Shown: one piece after another, positions 30,610-40,590 of the stretch
Position numbering within the stretch: position 1 is the first letter of the stretch
How the letters are laid out: each line of letters opens with the position of its first letter
Source of the DNA: Candidatus Altiarchaeales archaeon
GTDB taxonomy: Archaea; Altiarchaeota; Altiarchaeia; IMC4; QMZM01
DNA length: 64,000 nucleotides
Assembly (NCBI GenBank): GCA_963749405.1
Contig: CAVVMY010000016.1
Coordinates: 16,414 to 80,413, forward strand
Direction of reading: 5' to 3'
Notes under the pieces: generated by a model
Database searches by the model: none
Told to the model about the DNA's origin: nothing
The model's input: only the letters and a program-made list of their open reading frames with translations
Position numbers and translations under genes: made by a program

Positions 30610-32131
30610 ATGGAGATAGGGCAGGTCATAGGGGCTACGACGCTTAGGGGTTTTAGGTTCGTCATAAAAGAGGGCATGGAAAAGCATGTTAAGCGCGGCG
30701 AATTCGTGTCCGTGAAGGAAGCAGTCACGGGAAACGAAGTTCTGGGCATAATAAAAGAGATCACTATAAGTAACGAGCTTCTGCCTGACGAATTCGGACG
30801 GGATCTGCGCATAGGCGACATCGTCCTCAATGAGGGGGAGTACCCGGTTCCAACTGTTAAGATCCTCGGCTACGAAGACGGGGAGGGCCTTGAGCTTCCA
30901 CGCCACGGCATAAAGCCCGGCTCCTCGGTTGAGCTTGTGGAGGATGACGTGCTTAAGAAAATCCTTTGGCAGGATGACAATAAATCGGCTTGCATAGGCT
31001 CTGTTTCTACAAGGGAGAACGTTCCGGTCTATGTATCAATCAACGACATCATCTCCAGGCATTGCGCCGTGCTGGCCATGACGGGTTCAGGGAAAAGCTA
31101 CACAGTCGGCGTCCTCATAGAAGAACTTTTGAAAAAGAAGGGCGCACTTATCGTATTTGACCCCCACGGCGAATATAAGAACATATTAGTTGACGGTGCG
31201 GACACCAAGGTATACGGAGTCAAGGGAGGAAGCAAGATAAGGATAGAGACATCATCTCTCAGAACAGGCGACTACGCAAACCTCATACCAGACCTCACAG
31301 AGCCGCAGAGAGACTTACTGGATGAGACGGTAAGCCTCGCAGGCAAGTTCTACGAAAAATACGATTTCGAAAACGTCAAAAACATCCTCTCATGCGTATA
31401 TGACGTAAAAGACGGAAGAGAGATCATAACGGATATGATCCCTGAGAACACGTTGAAGGAACTGGCCAAGAAGGTAAGCCTCTCCACGGTCGGGGCGCTT
31501 ATCAGAAGACTGGATCGCCTGGCCAGGATGGGAGTATTTGAGATGGAGGGAACGCCTCTTGAGGAGATCGTGTCCGTAAACCAGACTCACTGTGATAGAC
31601 CTGAGCGACTCGGATGAAAGGCTGTCTGAGACTATCATAGCGGTGCTCTGCCGTAAGATCTTCGATGCCCGGAAGCAGTATGTGAAAGACGGGGAGGGAA
31701 GCTTTAGGACTCCGACATTCATCATCGTGGAAGAGGCGCACAACTTCGCCCCGCGCGCAACAGAGGAAAGACAGATAATTTCAAGAGGCATTTTGAAAAG
31801 GATAGCGCGCGAGGGAAGAAAATTCGGCGTAGGCCTGTGCATAGTAAGCCAGAGGCCGAGCAAACTCGACTCCGACGTATTATCGCAGTGCAATACCCAG
31901 ATAATAATGAAGATAGTAAACCCGGCAGACCAGGAATACATAAGACAATCAGTGGAAAGCGTTACAGAGGACGTGGTAAAAGACCTGCCAGCGCTGGCAA
32001 GAGGGGAAGCCATAATATCCGGATCAGCTATACGGCTCTCAGTCCCTGTCAAGGTAAGGCACAGGACGACAGCAGTCGGAGGAGAAGACATCGACATCGT
32101 AGGAGAATGGATGAAGAACTCAAAAAACTAA
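30610..32131 (+). CDS. herA: HerA-like ATPase (HAS barrel + FtsK/HerA), split by an extra A near 31585
   Basis: HCAVLAMTGSGKS, DPHGEY, EEAHNF, REGRKFG, SQRPS. Confidence 0.85.
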
Positions 32132-32364
32132 GGAAGGAAATAGACCAAATCGACAGAGAAATACTGGCCTCGGTCGAGAAACGGATAGAGACCGCAGGAA
32201 GAATCGGCGCACTCAAGAAAAAGAAGGACCTGCCGATTTCCGATCCTGCCAGGGAGAAAGAGGTCTTGGACAATGCCGCGAAGAGCACCAAATTGGACCA
32301 AAAGTTCGTAAAGGGTCTTTTTTCTTCCATTATCGATTACTGTAAACATGAAGAGCAGAAATAG
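32107..32364 (+). CDS. Chorismate mutase (AroQ type)
   Basis: LRKEIDQIDREI...R...IG.LK...DPARE. Confidence 0.88.
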   Translation: MDEELKKLRKEIDQIDREILASVEKRIETAGRIGALKKKKDLPISDPAREKEVLDNAAKSTKLDQKFVKGLFSSIIDYCKHEEQK

Positions 32365-33148
32365 CGTCGCTGTCCTCGGACCCGCCGGAACATTTACCGA
32401 GGAAGCGGCAAAAAAGATTTTCCCGGAAATGGAAGTTGCACACTGCGACACCGTAGAGGATGTCTTCGAAGCAGTCAGCAAGGGAACAGAATACGGCGTA
32501 GTAGCAGTAGAAAACTCTTTGGAGGGCTCTGTAAACACCACTATGGACTGCCTCCTGGAATATGACGTAAAAATATGCAAAGAGTACGTAATGGACATAC
32601 ACCTGTGCATGATAGGACTGCCCGGCAAAAGGAAAGAGGAAATAAAGACGATAATATCGCACCCGCATTCCTTCGGCCAATGCAGAAAATTCCTCAAAGG
32701 AAACTACCCGAAAGCTGCGCTGAAAAGGTATAACAGCAACACAGCAGCCATAAAAGAGCTGGCCGATCTGAGACCCACGGGTGTCGCAGCCATCGGCCCT
32801 GAAGCTGCTGCAAAATTGTACGGCCTTGAAATATTACAAACCGGAATCGAAGATGCGCCCAGCCAGACGCGCTTTGCCGCCATCTCAAAGAAAGAATGCT
32901 CCGGAAAAAAGACATCCATAATATTCGCATTAAAAGACCGCCCAGGCGCACTATACAGCGCACTCAAGGACTTCGCGGACAACGGCATAAACCTGACAAA
33001 AATAGAGTCCCGCCCGGCGAAAAAGAAGCTCGGAGAATACAGTTTTTTCATAGACTTCGAAGGGTCTCTCGCAGACGGAAACGTGAAGAAGGCTCTTGCA
33101 TCCCTAAAGGAAAAAACAACATTCCTGAAAGAGCTGGGCAGTTACTAA
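32348..33148 (+). CDS. pheA: Prephenate dehydratase with ACT domain
   Basis: LGPAGTF, ENSLEG, SHP, TRF, NLTKIESRP. Confidence 0.93.
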   Translation: MKSRNSVAVLGPAGTFTEEAAKKIFPEMEVAHCDTVEDVFEAVSKGTEYGVVAVENSLEGSVNTTMDCLLEYDVKICKEYVMDIHLCMIGLPGKRKEEIKTIISHPHSFGQCRKFLKGNYPKAALKRYNSNTAAIKELADLRPTGVAAIGPEAAAKLYGLEILQTGIEDAPSQTRFAAISKKECSGKKTSIIFALKDRPGALYSALKDFADNGINLTKIESRPAKKKLGEYSFFIDFEGSLADGNVKKALASLKEKTTFLKELGSY

Positions 33149-33187
33149 AAAAAATCTAATATATAACCTGCGACTAATACGTAAGCA

Positions 33188-33952
33188 ATGAAAAAAGACC
33201 TCACAGTTTTACTCTTAGCAGCATCTATTGTCTGCCTCACTATAACGGCTTGGGCAGATTTGTCATTGAACAACTCCATAAGTAACGACCCTCTAAACGA
33301 TATAATGCAGAGAATAAACGGCGTAGCATGCATCTTCTTCACAGTGATAACATACCTGGCCTCATCAATTGCGGCCTTGGTCATAGTATATGCAGGCTTA
33401 AAATACATGTCATCAGGCGGCGGCGACACAGCATCAAATGCCAAGAACATGATTATCTACGCCGTCATCGGCCTGGCATTAGTCATACTCGCATGCCCGA
33501 TAGTCGACTACCTGATCATTGACACAAAGATAGTGCCATTCGAAAAAACATGCAACTGCTGGATGGGAGGCTCTGTAGTCCCTGGAACGACCACGACAAC
33601 TATCGTTTCATACTGCGTAGACGGAACCCCTGAAGGCCAGTGTTCTGTTACGCCAGCATACATTGGCTATAAATGCATCCTGAGCCCAACCAACGCCTAT
33701 GTTCTTGTCCTGGATTCCACCTGCGGAACCCCTTCCTCTTCGAGCACTACAATTACATCTACGTCTACAACGGTTTCTACAACATCCTCAACCACGACAA
33801 CCACCCTGACAGACCAGGGATGGTGCCACCAGGCGGAGGTAGACGGATTATGCCCAGGCCTCAATGTGCTAAGGCCGAACTATGAACAAGATTGCTGCAA
33901 TGAGTGGAGATGCTGCTGTACACCGGCGACTGGAACATGCACAGCTCCCTAA
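33188..33952 (+). CDS. TrbC/VirB2-like pilin fused to Thr-rich and Cys-rich C-terminal region
   Basis: Signal peptide; IVYAGLKYMSSGG...AKNMIIYAVIG helical-hairpin pattern. Confidence 0.7.
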   Translation: MKKDLTVLLLAASIVCLTITAWADLSLNNSISNDPLNDIMQRINGVACIFFTVITYLASSIAALVIVYAGLKYMSSGGGDTASNAKNMIIYAVIGLALVILACPIVDYLIIDTKIVPFEKTCNCWMGGSVVPGTTTTTIVSYCVDGTPEGQCSVTPAYIGYKCILSPTNAYVLVLDSTCGTPSSSSTTITSTSTTVSTTSSTTTTTLTDQGWCHQAEVDGLCPGLNVLRPNYEQDCCNEWRCCCTPATGTCTAP

Positions 33953-33989
33953 AGTATTTATACTGGCTTGGTAAATAGTTAATGATAAA

Positions 33990-34269
33990 ATGGATAAAAG
34001 AATCATTGTGGGTATTCTATTGTTATCTGTGCTTCTTTTCCCTCTTTGCACGGAGAATAAAGGTACAACTGCGGAAACAAAGAGCCCGGTAACTACTGCA
34101 GCCGGACAGGAACAGCCCGCGACAACAGACTGTGATACCTCTTACAGAAATCCAACAGGAATCATGCACCTCAGCAGACCAAGGAGGAACATGCGAGTCA
34201 AAATTGAAAGAACTGGACATAGTATCATTGGAAGACTGCTGCAAATACCTCGGCAAATGCTGTCAATGA
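33990..34269 (+). CDS. Small secreted Cys-rich protein, frameshifted near 34128
   Basis: After removing one base the ORF ends SCTSADQGGTCESKLKELDIVSLEDCCKYLGKCCQ-stop, just before the next ATG. Confidence 0.65.
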
Positions 34270-34275
34270 AGGAAA

Positions 34276-36381
34276 ATGGATACAAAAACATTGACTCTGG
34301 GGATATTTCTAATGATGTTTACAATGCTAACCCCTATCGTGCTGGCGGATGATGCTACTTGCCCTTATGACGCGGATTACAAATTCGTCCTGCAGAAGGC
34401 ATTGATAAACTACTTTGAAAACCCGCAGAACAGTCTGATACAAAAGGAAGACCTGATAAAAATGCTAAACTTTTATCTGAGCCAGTCTACGATAACCAAT
34501 GCAGATTGCTCGCAGGGGGATATAACTTCCCTGCTTTCCCAAGCAGACGACGGGATATCCGACGAGGTCCTGTCAGCGCTCAAATGTTCAGGCAGCAACT
34601 GCAACCTTCCAAAATGCGATGCCTGCGCAGACGGGACCGCCTGCGGAGGGACAAATGACAGGAACCAGACTTGCTCCTGCACAGACATAGACGGAGACGG
34701 CCAGTCGGAGTTCTGCCACCTGAAGCCTGTGCGGCCTACCTGGCCGACGTGCGACATGTGCTATGACGGAACCGCCTGCGGAGACGATAACCCATACAAT
34801 CAGACATGCATCTGCAAAGACATAAATAACGACAACAACAATGAATACTGCTTCCTCCAAGCCTCAAACCAACAAGTCAATTCAACCCTGGTAGGTTCAT
34901 GGTCTACCTGCGACACATGTCCTGACGGAACAGCATGCGGTCAGACCAACGCAAACGGGAATGCATGCATCTGCTATGACAAGAGACGTAACGGCAGCTA
35001 TTCGCACTGCATGATGAAATGCGACTCATGCAGCGACGGAACACAATGCGGAGACACAAACCAGAACAATGAACTATGCGGATGCAGAATAAGGTCGCAC
35101 TATGGCCAATTCCGCGAATGTGAACTGATGTGCGACCAATGCAGCGACGGAACAGAGTGCTGGCGCAGGAACAGCCAAGGAGACAGATGCATCTGCACCG
35201 GATACTACGGCCGCGGCGGCTACTATAATCAATGCAACATAAACTCAAACACAACGACAACAACAGCAGTCACAACCACAATCATAGGCACGACAACAAC
35301 AGGAGTCACAACCACCACTCTTGCCACAACAACAACCACAATCATAGGCACGACAACAACGACATCGATTACAACGACGACATCAGTTACAACTACGACT
35401 TCAATTGTCACAACCACAAGCATAGGCACGACAACAACAGAACTCACGACCACCACCCTTGCCACAACCACAACCACATCCGGGACAACTACGACAACTC
35501 AGACAGTAAGCTGCGACCCTGAATCGCTTGCCAAGGCGGTCAGCATGAGCGAGATGTACGGTTGGGAGCAGGCCATAGCAGTACCTAGGGAATTCTGTAC
35601 AACACCTGATGCAAATATGGCCACATACATGGCCAACCAGATGACTGCCATCGGCCTGACCAATGTGCATACTGAGACTTTCCCGGTATCGTTCACCGAT
35701 TCCCGCTACGGTCCGGGTACTATCACAGGCACGGGCATAAACGTTGTTGGAGACCTGGGCAACGGATCCACGATAATCGTAATCGGAGCACATCACGACG
35801 CAGTTCCCCCAAACTGCACTGGCGCAGTTGATAACGGCGCAGGCAGCGCAGGCATACTTGAAGTGGCCAAGACGCTTATGGCCTGCAAAGACAGCATAAA
35901 AAGTTACACGCTCCGCTTCGTATCATTCGACGGCGAAGAAGCCAACGGAGACTACTGGGGATCCCACGCCTATGTGAACGCCCACACCCATGACAACAAT
36001 CCGACAATGATAAACATCGACTGCCTAGGCGACACGCACGACCAAGGATTGACAGTCTACACATCCAGCTCCAGCGTATCTCTATCAACTTCGGCAACAA
36101 AAGCCTGCACATACATGAAAACACTTGGTATGACAGTCTGTAACCTGAACGTAGCCGGCAACAGCATAGAAAGCGATCCATATTCTTTCTACAATGCAGG
36201 AAAAGAGTATATCTACCCCATAGACGACACCGAATGCGGAACTACGCTAAGCGGTACTAACGACTGCAACCACTGTGTCAACTGCGCAGACGACCTGAGC
36301 TCGAGCAACTTCGACGAGAACAAGATGGTCTGGGGCGTACAATACGTAGTCTATATAGTGGCGGATTCGTATTTTAAATAA
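34276..36381 (+). CDS. Secreted M28-family metallopeptidase with Cys-rich repeats and Thr-rich stalk
   Basis: GAHHD, GAVDNGAG, FDGEE, NIDCLG motifs; five CxxCxDGTxC repeats. Confidence 0.85.
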   Translation: MDTKTLTLGIFLMMFTMLTPIVLADDATCPYDADYKFVLQKALINYFENPQNSLIQKEDLIKMLNFYLSQSTITNADCSQGDITSLLSQADDGISDEVLSALKCSGSNCNLPKCDACADGTACGGTNDRNQTCSCTDIDGDGQSEFCHLKPVRPTWPTCDMCYDGTACGDDNPYNQTCICKDINNDNNNEYCFLQASNQQVNSTLVGSWSTCDTCPDGTACGQTNANGNACICYDKRRNGSYSHCMMKCDSCSDGTQCGDTNQNNELCGCRIRSHYGQFRECELMCDQCSDGTECWRRNSQGDRCICTGYYGRGGYYNQCNINSNTTTTTAVTTTIIGTTTTGVTTTTLATTTTTIIGTTTTTSITTTTSVTTTTSIVTTTSIGTTTTELTTTTLATTTTTSGTTTTTQTVSCDPESLAKAVSMSEMYGWEQAIAVPREFCTTPDANMATYMANQMTAIGLTNVHTETFPVSFTDSRYGPGTITGTGINVVGDLGNGSTIIVIGAHHDAVPPNCTGAVDNGAGSAGILEVAKTLMACKDSIKSYTLRFVSFDGEEANGDYWGSHAYVNAHTHDNNPTMINIDCLGDTHDQGLTVYTSSSSVSLSTSATKACTYMKTLGMTVCNLNVAGNSIESDPYSFYNAGKEYIYPIDDTECGTTLSGTNDCNHCVNCADDLSSSNFDENKMVWGVQYVVYIVADSYFK

Positions 36382-36494
36382 TCCGTCCTGACAGATAGAC
36401 TATTTCTTTTTTTATCTTTTTTCTTGTTCGCAGCCTTCGTTCTGATTGTATTATTGCCAAAGAAATCCCATACATACCACATAGCAGCCTAAAA

Positions 36495-38768
36495 ATGCAC
36501 GTCACTCATCCCCTGATAAAGCCGGAGACGCTTATACTCAGGAAGTATCAGGAGACCATCTTTTCCCGGGCTGTCGACGGAAACACCCTGGTGGTTTTGC
36601 CTACCGGCCTTGGAAAGACAATAGTTGCTGCGATGCTCGCAGCCCACAGGCTTTATTCTTTCCCGGATTCCAAGGTCTTGTTCCTTGCGCCTACGAGGCC
36701 TCTCGCAGTGCAGCACCATAACACCTTCCAGAAGGTACTGAACCAGGAAGCCATGGTAACATTGACAGGCATGGACGCAGTAGAGGACAGAAAAAAACTA
36801 TGGCAGGACAACAAAGTGATATTCGCAACGCCCCAGACCATCGAGAACGACATCATGCGGGGCCGAAACATAAGCGACGTATCACTTATAATATTCGACG
36901 AATGCCACCGCTGCGTCGGCGACTATTCCTACGTATTCATCGCCGACGAATACATGAAGAAGGCCGCAAATCCACTTATACTGGGACTAACCGCCTCACC
37001 GGGTGGCGAACAGGAAACAGTCAAAGAGATATGCAAAAACCTCTACATCAACAGAGTGGAAGCCAGAACCGAACAGGACAACGACGTTACCCCATACATA
37101 CAGGAAACCACCGTCTCCTGGGTCAAACTGGCGCTGCCAGAGGAATTCAAAAAAATCCGGGCACCCATCGAAGACCTCCTACGACAAGACCTACGCGCGC
37201 TCAAAGACCGAGGCTTCCTGGAAAGCGCCGATCTGGGCAAAGTCAATAAGAGAGCCCTTCTGGAGATGCAAGCATCCGTAAGGAAAGACATAACATCCGG
37301 CACTGCCGACGGAAACGATGCCTTTGCCGCGGTCTCGCTTGCAGCAAGCGCCTTGAAGATCAACCATGCACTTGAATTGCTTGAGACGCAGGGCATATCG
37401 GCGCTTGACAGCTACCTGGAGAGGCTGCGGAAGCAGAAGTCCAAGGCTATTCGCAGGCTTTTTGCAGATGAGAGGATGACCGCGCTTTCGAAGAATGTGC
37501 ACGACTTGAATGTGATGGGCTTCGACCATCCCAAACTGGATGAACTGGTCAAAATCGTTAAAGCCAATGCCGGAAAGAAGGTGATGGTATTTACCCAGTA
37601 CCGGGACTCTGTGAATAAGATCGTAGAAAGGCTCAATGGAAATGACATATTAGCCAGGGAATTCATAGGCCAAGCCCGGAAAGACGATAAAAAAGGCATG
37701 AGCCAGAAGGAACAGATAAAGGCGCTGGAAGACTTCCGGGCAGGCAAATACAATGTCCTTGCAGCAACGTCGGTTGCTGAGGAAGGCCTGGACATTCCAG
37801 CAGTAGACCTGGTAATATTCTACGAGCCCATACCCTCAGAGATCCGTTCCATCCAGAGGAGGGGCCGTACCGGCAGGAGCGGGGCAGGCATGGTCGTGGT
37901 CTTGATGGCCAAGGAAACCAGGGATGAGGCATACTACTGGGCGGCTTTCCGTAAGGAGAAACAGATGCGAAAGGTTGTAAAGGATATGAGGGACAAGCCA
38001 GATAACAGCCTTGATAAGGCCGATAATTCAACGACCGGGGAGTCTGGTCAGCAGAGTTTAATAAATTTTGTTGACGGCATCCAGGAAAAAAGCGAAACAG
38101 AAAGGAAAATGAAAATCTTTGTTGATGCGCGAGAGAAATGCACCGAGATATTAAAAATACTGAGAGAAAATGCGGAAATAGACGTCAAAACCCTCGCTGT
38201 GGGTGATTACATCCTAAGCGACCGTGTCTGCGTGGAAAGAAAGACTATAAACGACTTCCTGAGTTCTTTGATAGATAAAAGGCTTTTTTCCCAGGCCTCA
38301 GACCTTTCCCGGAACTTCGAAAAGCCGGTTATGATAATCGAAGGAAAAGAAGACATATACGCTCTGAGAGGGATCAACGCTAACGCCATACGAGGCGCAA
38401 TTACGTCGCTTGCCCTCGACTTCAGAATCTCAATAATCTTTTCCAGAGACGAAGAGGATACTGCAGCTTTCCTTTGCATGATAGCCAAAAGAGAGCAGGA
38501 AGAGGAGAATAGGCCTTTTTCACTGCACGGCGAAAAGAGGCTACTCACCCTTGAAGAAAAACAGATCTATGTCATAGAGTCCCTGCCGAACGTTTCCTCT
38601 GTGCTTGCCAGAAGGCTGCTTGAGCGCTTCGGAAGCGTCCATAATATCATGAACACGTCACGCAAGGAACTAATGGATGTAGCAGGAATAGGCGGGACAA
38701 AAGCCGACGAGATAATGGATACCATCAGGAGCAGATTCGGCCAAGGAGGCGCAGAACATAAGCCATAA
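36495..38768 (+). CDS. hef: Hef/FANCM helicase-ERCC4 nuclease
   Basis: LPTGLGKT, DECH, LTASP, QRRGRTGR, GDY...ERKT, C-terminal HhH. Confidence 0.95.
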   Translation: MHVTHPLIKPETLILRKYQETIFSRAVDGNTLVVLPTGLGKTIVAAMLAAHRLYSFPDSKVLFLAPTRPLAVQHHNTFQKVLNQEAMVTLTGMDAVEDRKKLWQDNKVIFATPQTIENDIMRGRNISDVSLIIFDECHRCVGDYSYVFIADEYMKKAANPLILGLTASPGGEQETVKEICKNLYINRVEARTEQDNDVTPYIQETTVSWVKLALPEEFKKIRAPIEDLLRQDLRALKDRGFLESADLGKVNKRALLEMQASVRKDITSGTADGNDAFAAVSLAASALKINHALELLETQGISALDSYLERLRKQKSKAIRRLFADERMTALSKNVHDLNVMGFDHPKLDELVKIVKANAGKKVMVFTQYRDSVNKIVERLNGNDILAREFIGQARKDDKKGMSQKEQIKALEDFRAGKYNVLAATSVAEEGLDIPAVDLVIFYEPIPSEIRSIQRRGRTGRSGAGMVVVLMAKETRDEAYYWAAFRKEKQMRKVVKDMRDKPDNSLDKADNSTTGESGQQSLINFVDGIQEKSETERKMKIFVDAREKCTEILKILRENAEIDVKTLAVGDYILSDRVCVERKTINDFLSSLIDKRLFSQASDLSRNFEKPVMIIEGKEDIYALRGINANAIRGAITSLALDFRISIIFSRDEEDTAAFLCMIAKREQEEENRPFSLHGEKRLLTLEEKQIYVIESLPNVSSVLARRLLERFGSVHNIMNTSRKELMDVAGIGGTKADEIMDTIRSRFGQGGAEHKP

Positions 38769-38853
38769 GGTTATTAAGTCGTATTATTAATAAGTTTAAC
38801 AAAGATATATAGATTTATACCGACCATTCTTCTGAAAAAAATAACCCCACAAA

Positions 38854-40548
38854 ATGCCCGGAGACCCCCAGTTAAAGGACGCAGAACCGGAAAATATTTC
38901 CGACAGAGAAAAGCTTCTGCGGGACAAGGAAAAGGCGCTGGAGGACGAGGAAAAAGACCTCGAACTGTTCTTCGGCGACGAATTCTCCATGAAGCGCAAA
39001 CAGGAAGACATCAAGAAGCGCAGCGAAGAACTTGTCAAAAACTGGGAACAGATGAGAAAAAAAGAGGCAGAACTAATAGAGCGGGAAAAGAAGATAACAG
39101 AAAAAGAGGAATACCAGAAAAACAAGGAAAAAACTTTAGCAGACCTTGATAAAAGAGAACAGGAAGTGTCCAAGGTATCATCAGGCCTAAGCGAGAGGGA
39201 GAGGATAGTTTCTGAAAAGGAAAAGACACTTAAAGAAAAAGAGGACACATTAAAAGAGCTTGAAAGCTGCCTTGAAGACATCGAAAAGAAAAAGACAGAA
39301 GCAGACAGCCTCACCCAGCAATTAACCGTACGGGAGACAGGAGTTACGGAGAAAGAGAGGATACTAAAGGATTTAGAATCCAACCTGAACTCCAGAAAAG
39401 ACGACCTGGACAAAAGAGACGCCGAAGTAAGCCGCCTTGAAAGAGAACTAAAAAAGAATCTCGAAGATTTTGAAAAGGCCAAGACAGACGTCGAGATGAG
39501 GCGCAGGGAAATCGAAGAAAAAGAAAAATATGTAAAAATAGGCGAGGACCTCAAAGACGCCGAAGAAAAGCTTGACTCCAGAAAAGAAGAACTAACCATG
39601 AAGGAGGCCAAGGTAGCCCGTATGAATGACGACCTGGACAAGAAGAGAAAGGCCCTCCAGGTAGTTGAAGAAGACCTTGTAGAAAGGAAGATAAAGATAG
39701 AAGACGAAGAAAGAAAGCTCAAGGTCATGAAAGACGGCCTCGAACAAAAAGCCAAAGAATTCGACTACATATTCAAAGAAGACGAAGAAAAACTAAAGAT
39801 AAAAATAGAAGAACTGGAAAAGTTCATGGGAACAAGCAGAGCCAAGCCCAGAACAGAAATAACAGACGACACACCTAGAAAGACAAAAATAGAAGAGAAA
39901 CCACCCATCCAAGAAACTACGAAACTAACCAAACAAACCATAGAGCCGCCACCAACACCCAAGCGGACCGTGAAAGAACCCATGCCCCAAGCAGATTTCG
40001 AATCACCGCAAAAATCCGCCAAAGAAGACGAAATAATCAGGAAACTAAAGGCAGAAAAAGAAGCAAAGGAAAAAGAAGTAGAGAGCCTGCGCCAGCAGGC
40101 AGACGAAATAAAGACCGTGGAAATAATGAAGGAGATGCCTCCCGAACACCCGACTGAAAAAGCCCCGGCACAGGAGAATAAGGAAGAAGACGTCAGACAG
40201 AAAGAATACGCCATGATGGACGCCATGGACAAAACCAAGGCCGAAGGAACAGAAAAAGGCCACGACGACCTCCTGAAACTGATGCAGAAAGACAAAAGAA
40301 TAAACGTAAAAACCGCGGCAAAGATAATGGGCGTAACAGAAGAAGTCATAAACCAATGGTCAAACGAACTGAAAGACCAAGGAATACTAAACGTCCACCC
40401 AAAATTCATGGGAGGAACAGAACTCGAACTAACAAAAGACGCGATAAGAAGACTCAAAGAACTGGAAGAAGAAGAAAAAGTCGCAAAAATCAAAAACGAA
40501 CTGGAAAGGATACGCGAAGAACAGAAGAAGATGAAAGGCTCATACTAA
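38854..40548 (+). CDS. Long coiled-coil protein with C-terminal wHTH-like domain
   Basis: ~320 aa E/K-rich heptads, Pro-rich linker, AAKIMGV...W..EL...GIL motif; no Walker motifs. Confidence 0.7.
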   Translation: MPGDPQLKDAEPENISDREKLLRDKEKALEDEEKDLELFFGDEFSMKRKQEDIKKRSEELVKNWEQMRKKEAELIEREKKITEKEEYQKNKEKTLADLDKREQEVSKVSSGLSERERIVSEKEKTLKEKEDTLKELESCLEDIEKKKTEADSLTQQLTVRETGVTEKERILKDLESNLNSRKDDLDKRDAEVSRLERELKKNLEDFEKAKTDVEMRRREIEEKEKYVKIGEDLKDAEEKLDSRKEELTMKEAKVARMNDDLDKKRKALQVVEEDLVERKIKIEDEERKLKVMKDGLEQKAKEFDYIFKEDEEKLKIKIEELEKFMGTSRAKPRTEITDDTPRKTKIEEKPPIQETTKLTKQTIEPPPTPKRTVKEPMPQADFESPQKSAKEDEIIRKLKAEKEAKEKEVESLRQQADEIKTVEIMKEMPPEHPTEKAPAQENKEEDVRQKEYAMMDAMDKTKAEGTEKGHDDLLKLMQKDKRINVKTAAKIMGVTEEVINQWSNELKDQGILNVHPKFMGGTELELTKDAIRRLKELEEEEKVAKIKNELERIREEQKKMKGSY

Positions 40549-40590
40549 GCCCATTTCTGATTTTTCCCGCCCCGTTTCTTATAATCATAC

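Noticed and set aside
30610..32131. HerA-based defence or herA-nurA-mre11-rad50 operon
   Set aside because: Neighbours are nadM and chorismate mutase; no partner genes in the window.
35245..35505. DNA tandem repeat or DGR-like variable region
   Set aside because: ACN-rich pattern simply encodes the Thr-rich stalk; no reverse transcriptase nearby.
38854..40548. SMC/Rad50 ATPase
   Set aside because: No Walker A/B or signature motifs, hinge or zinc hook.
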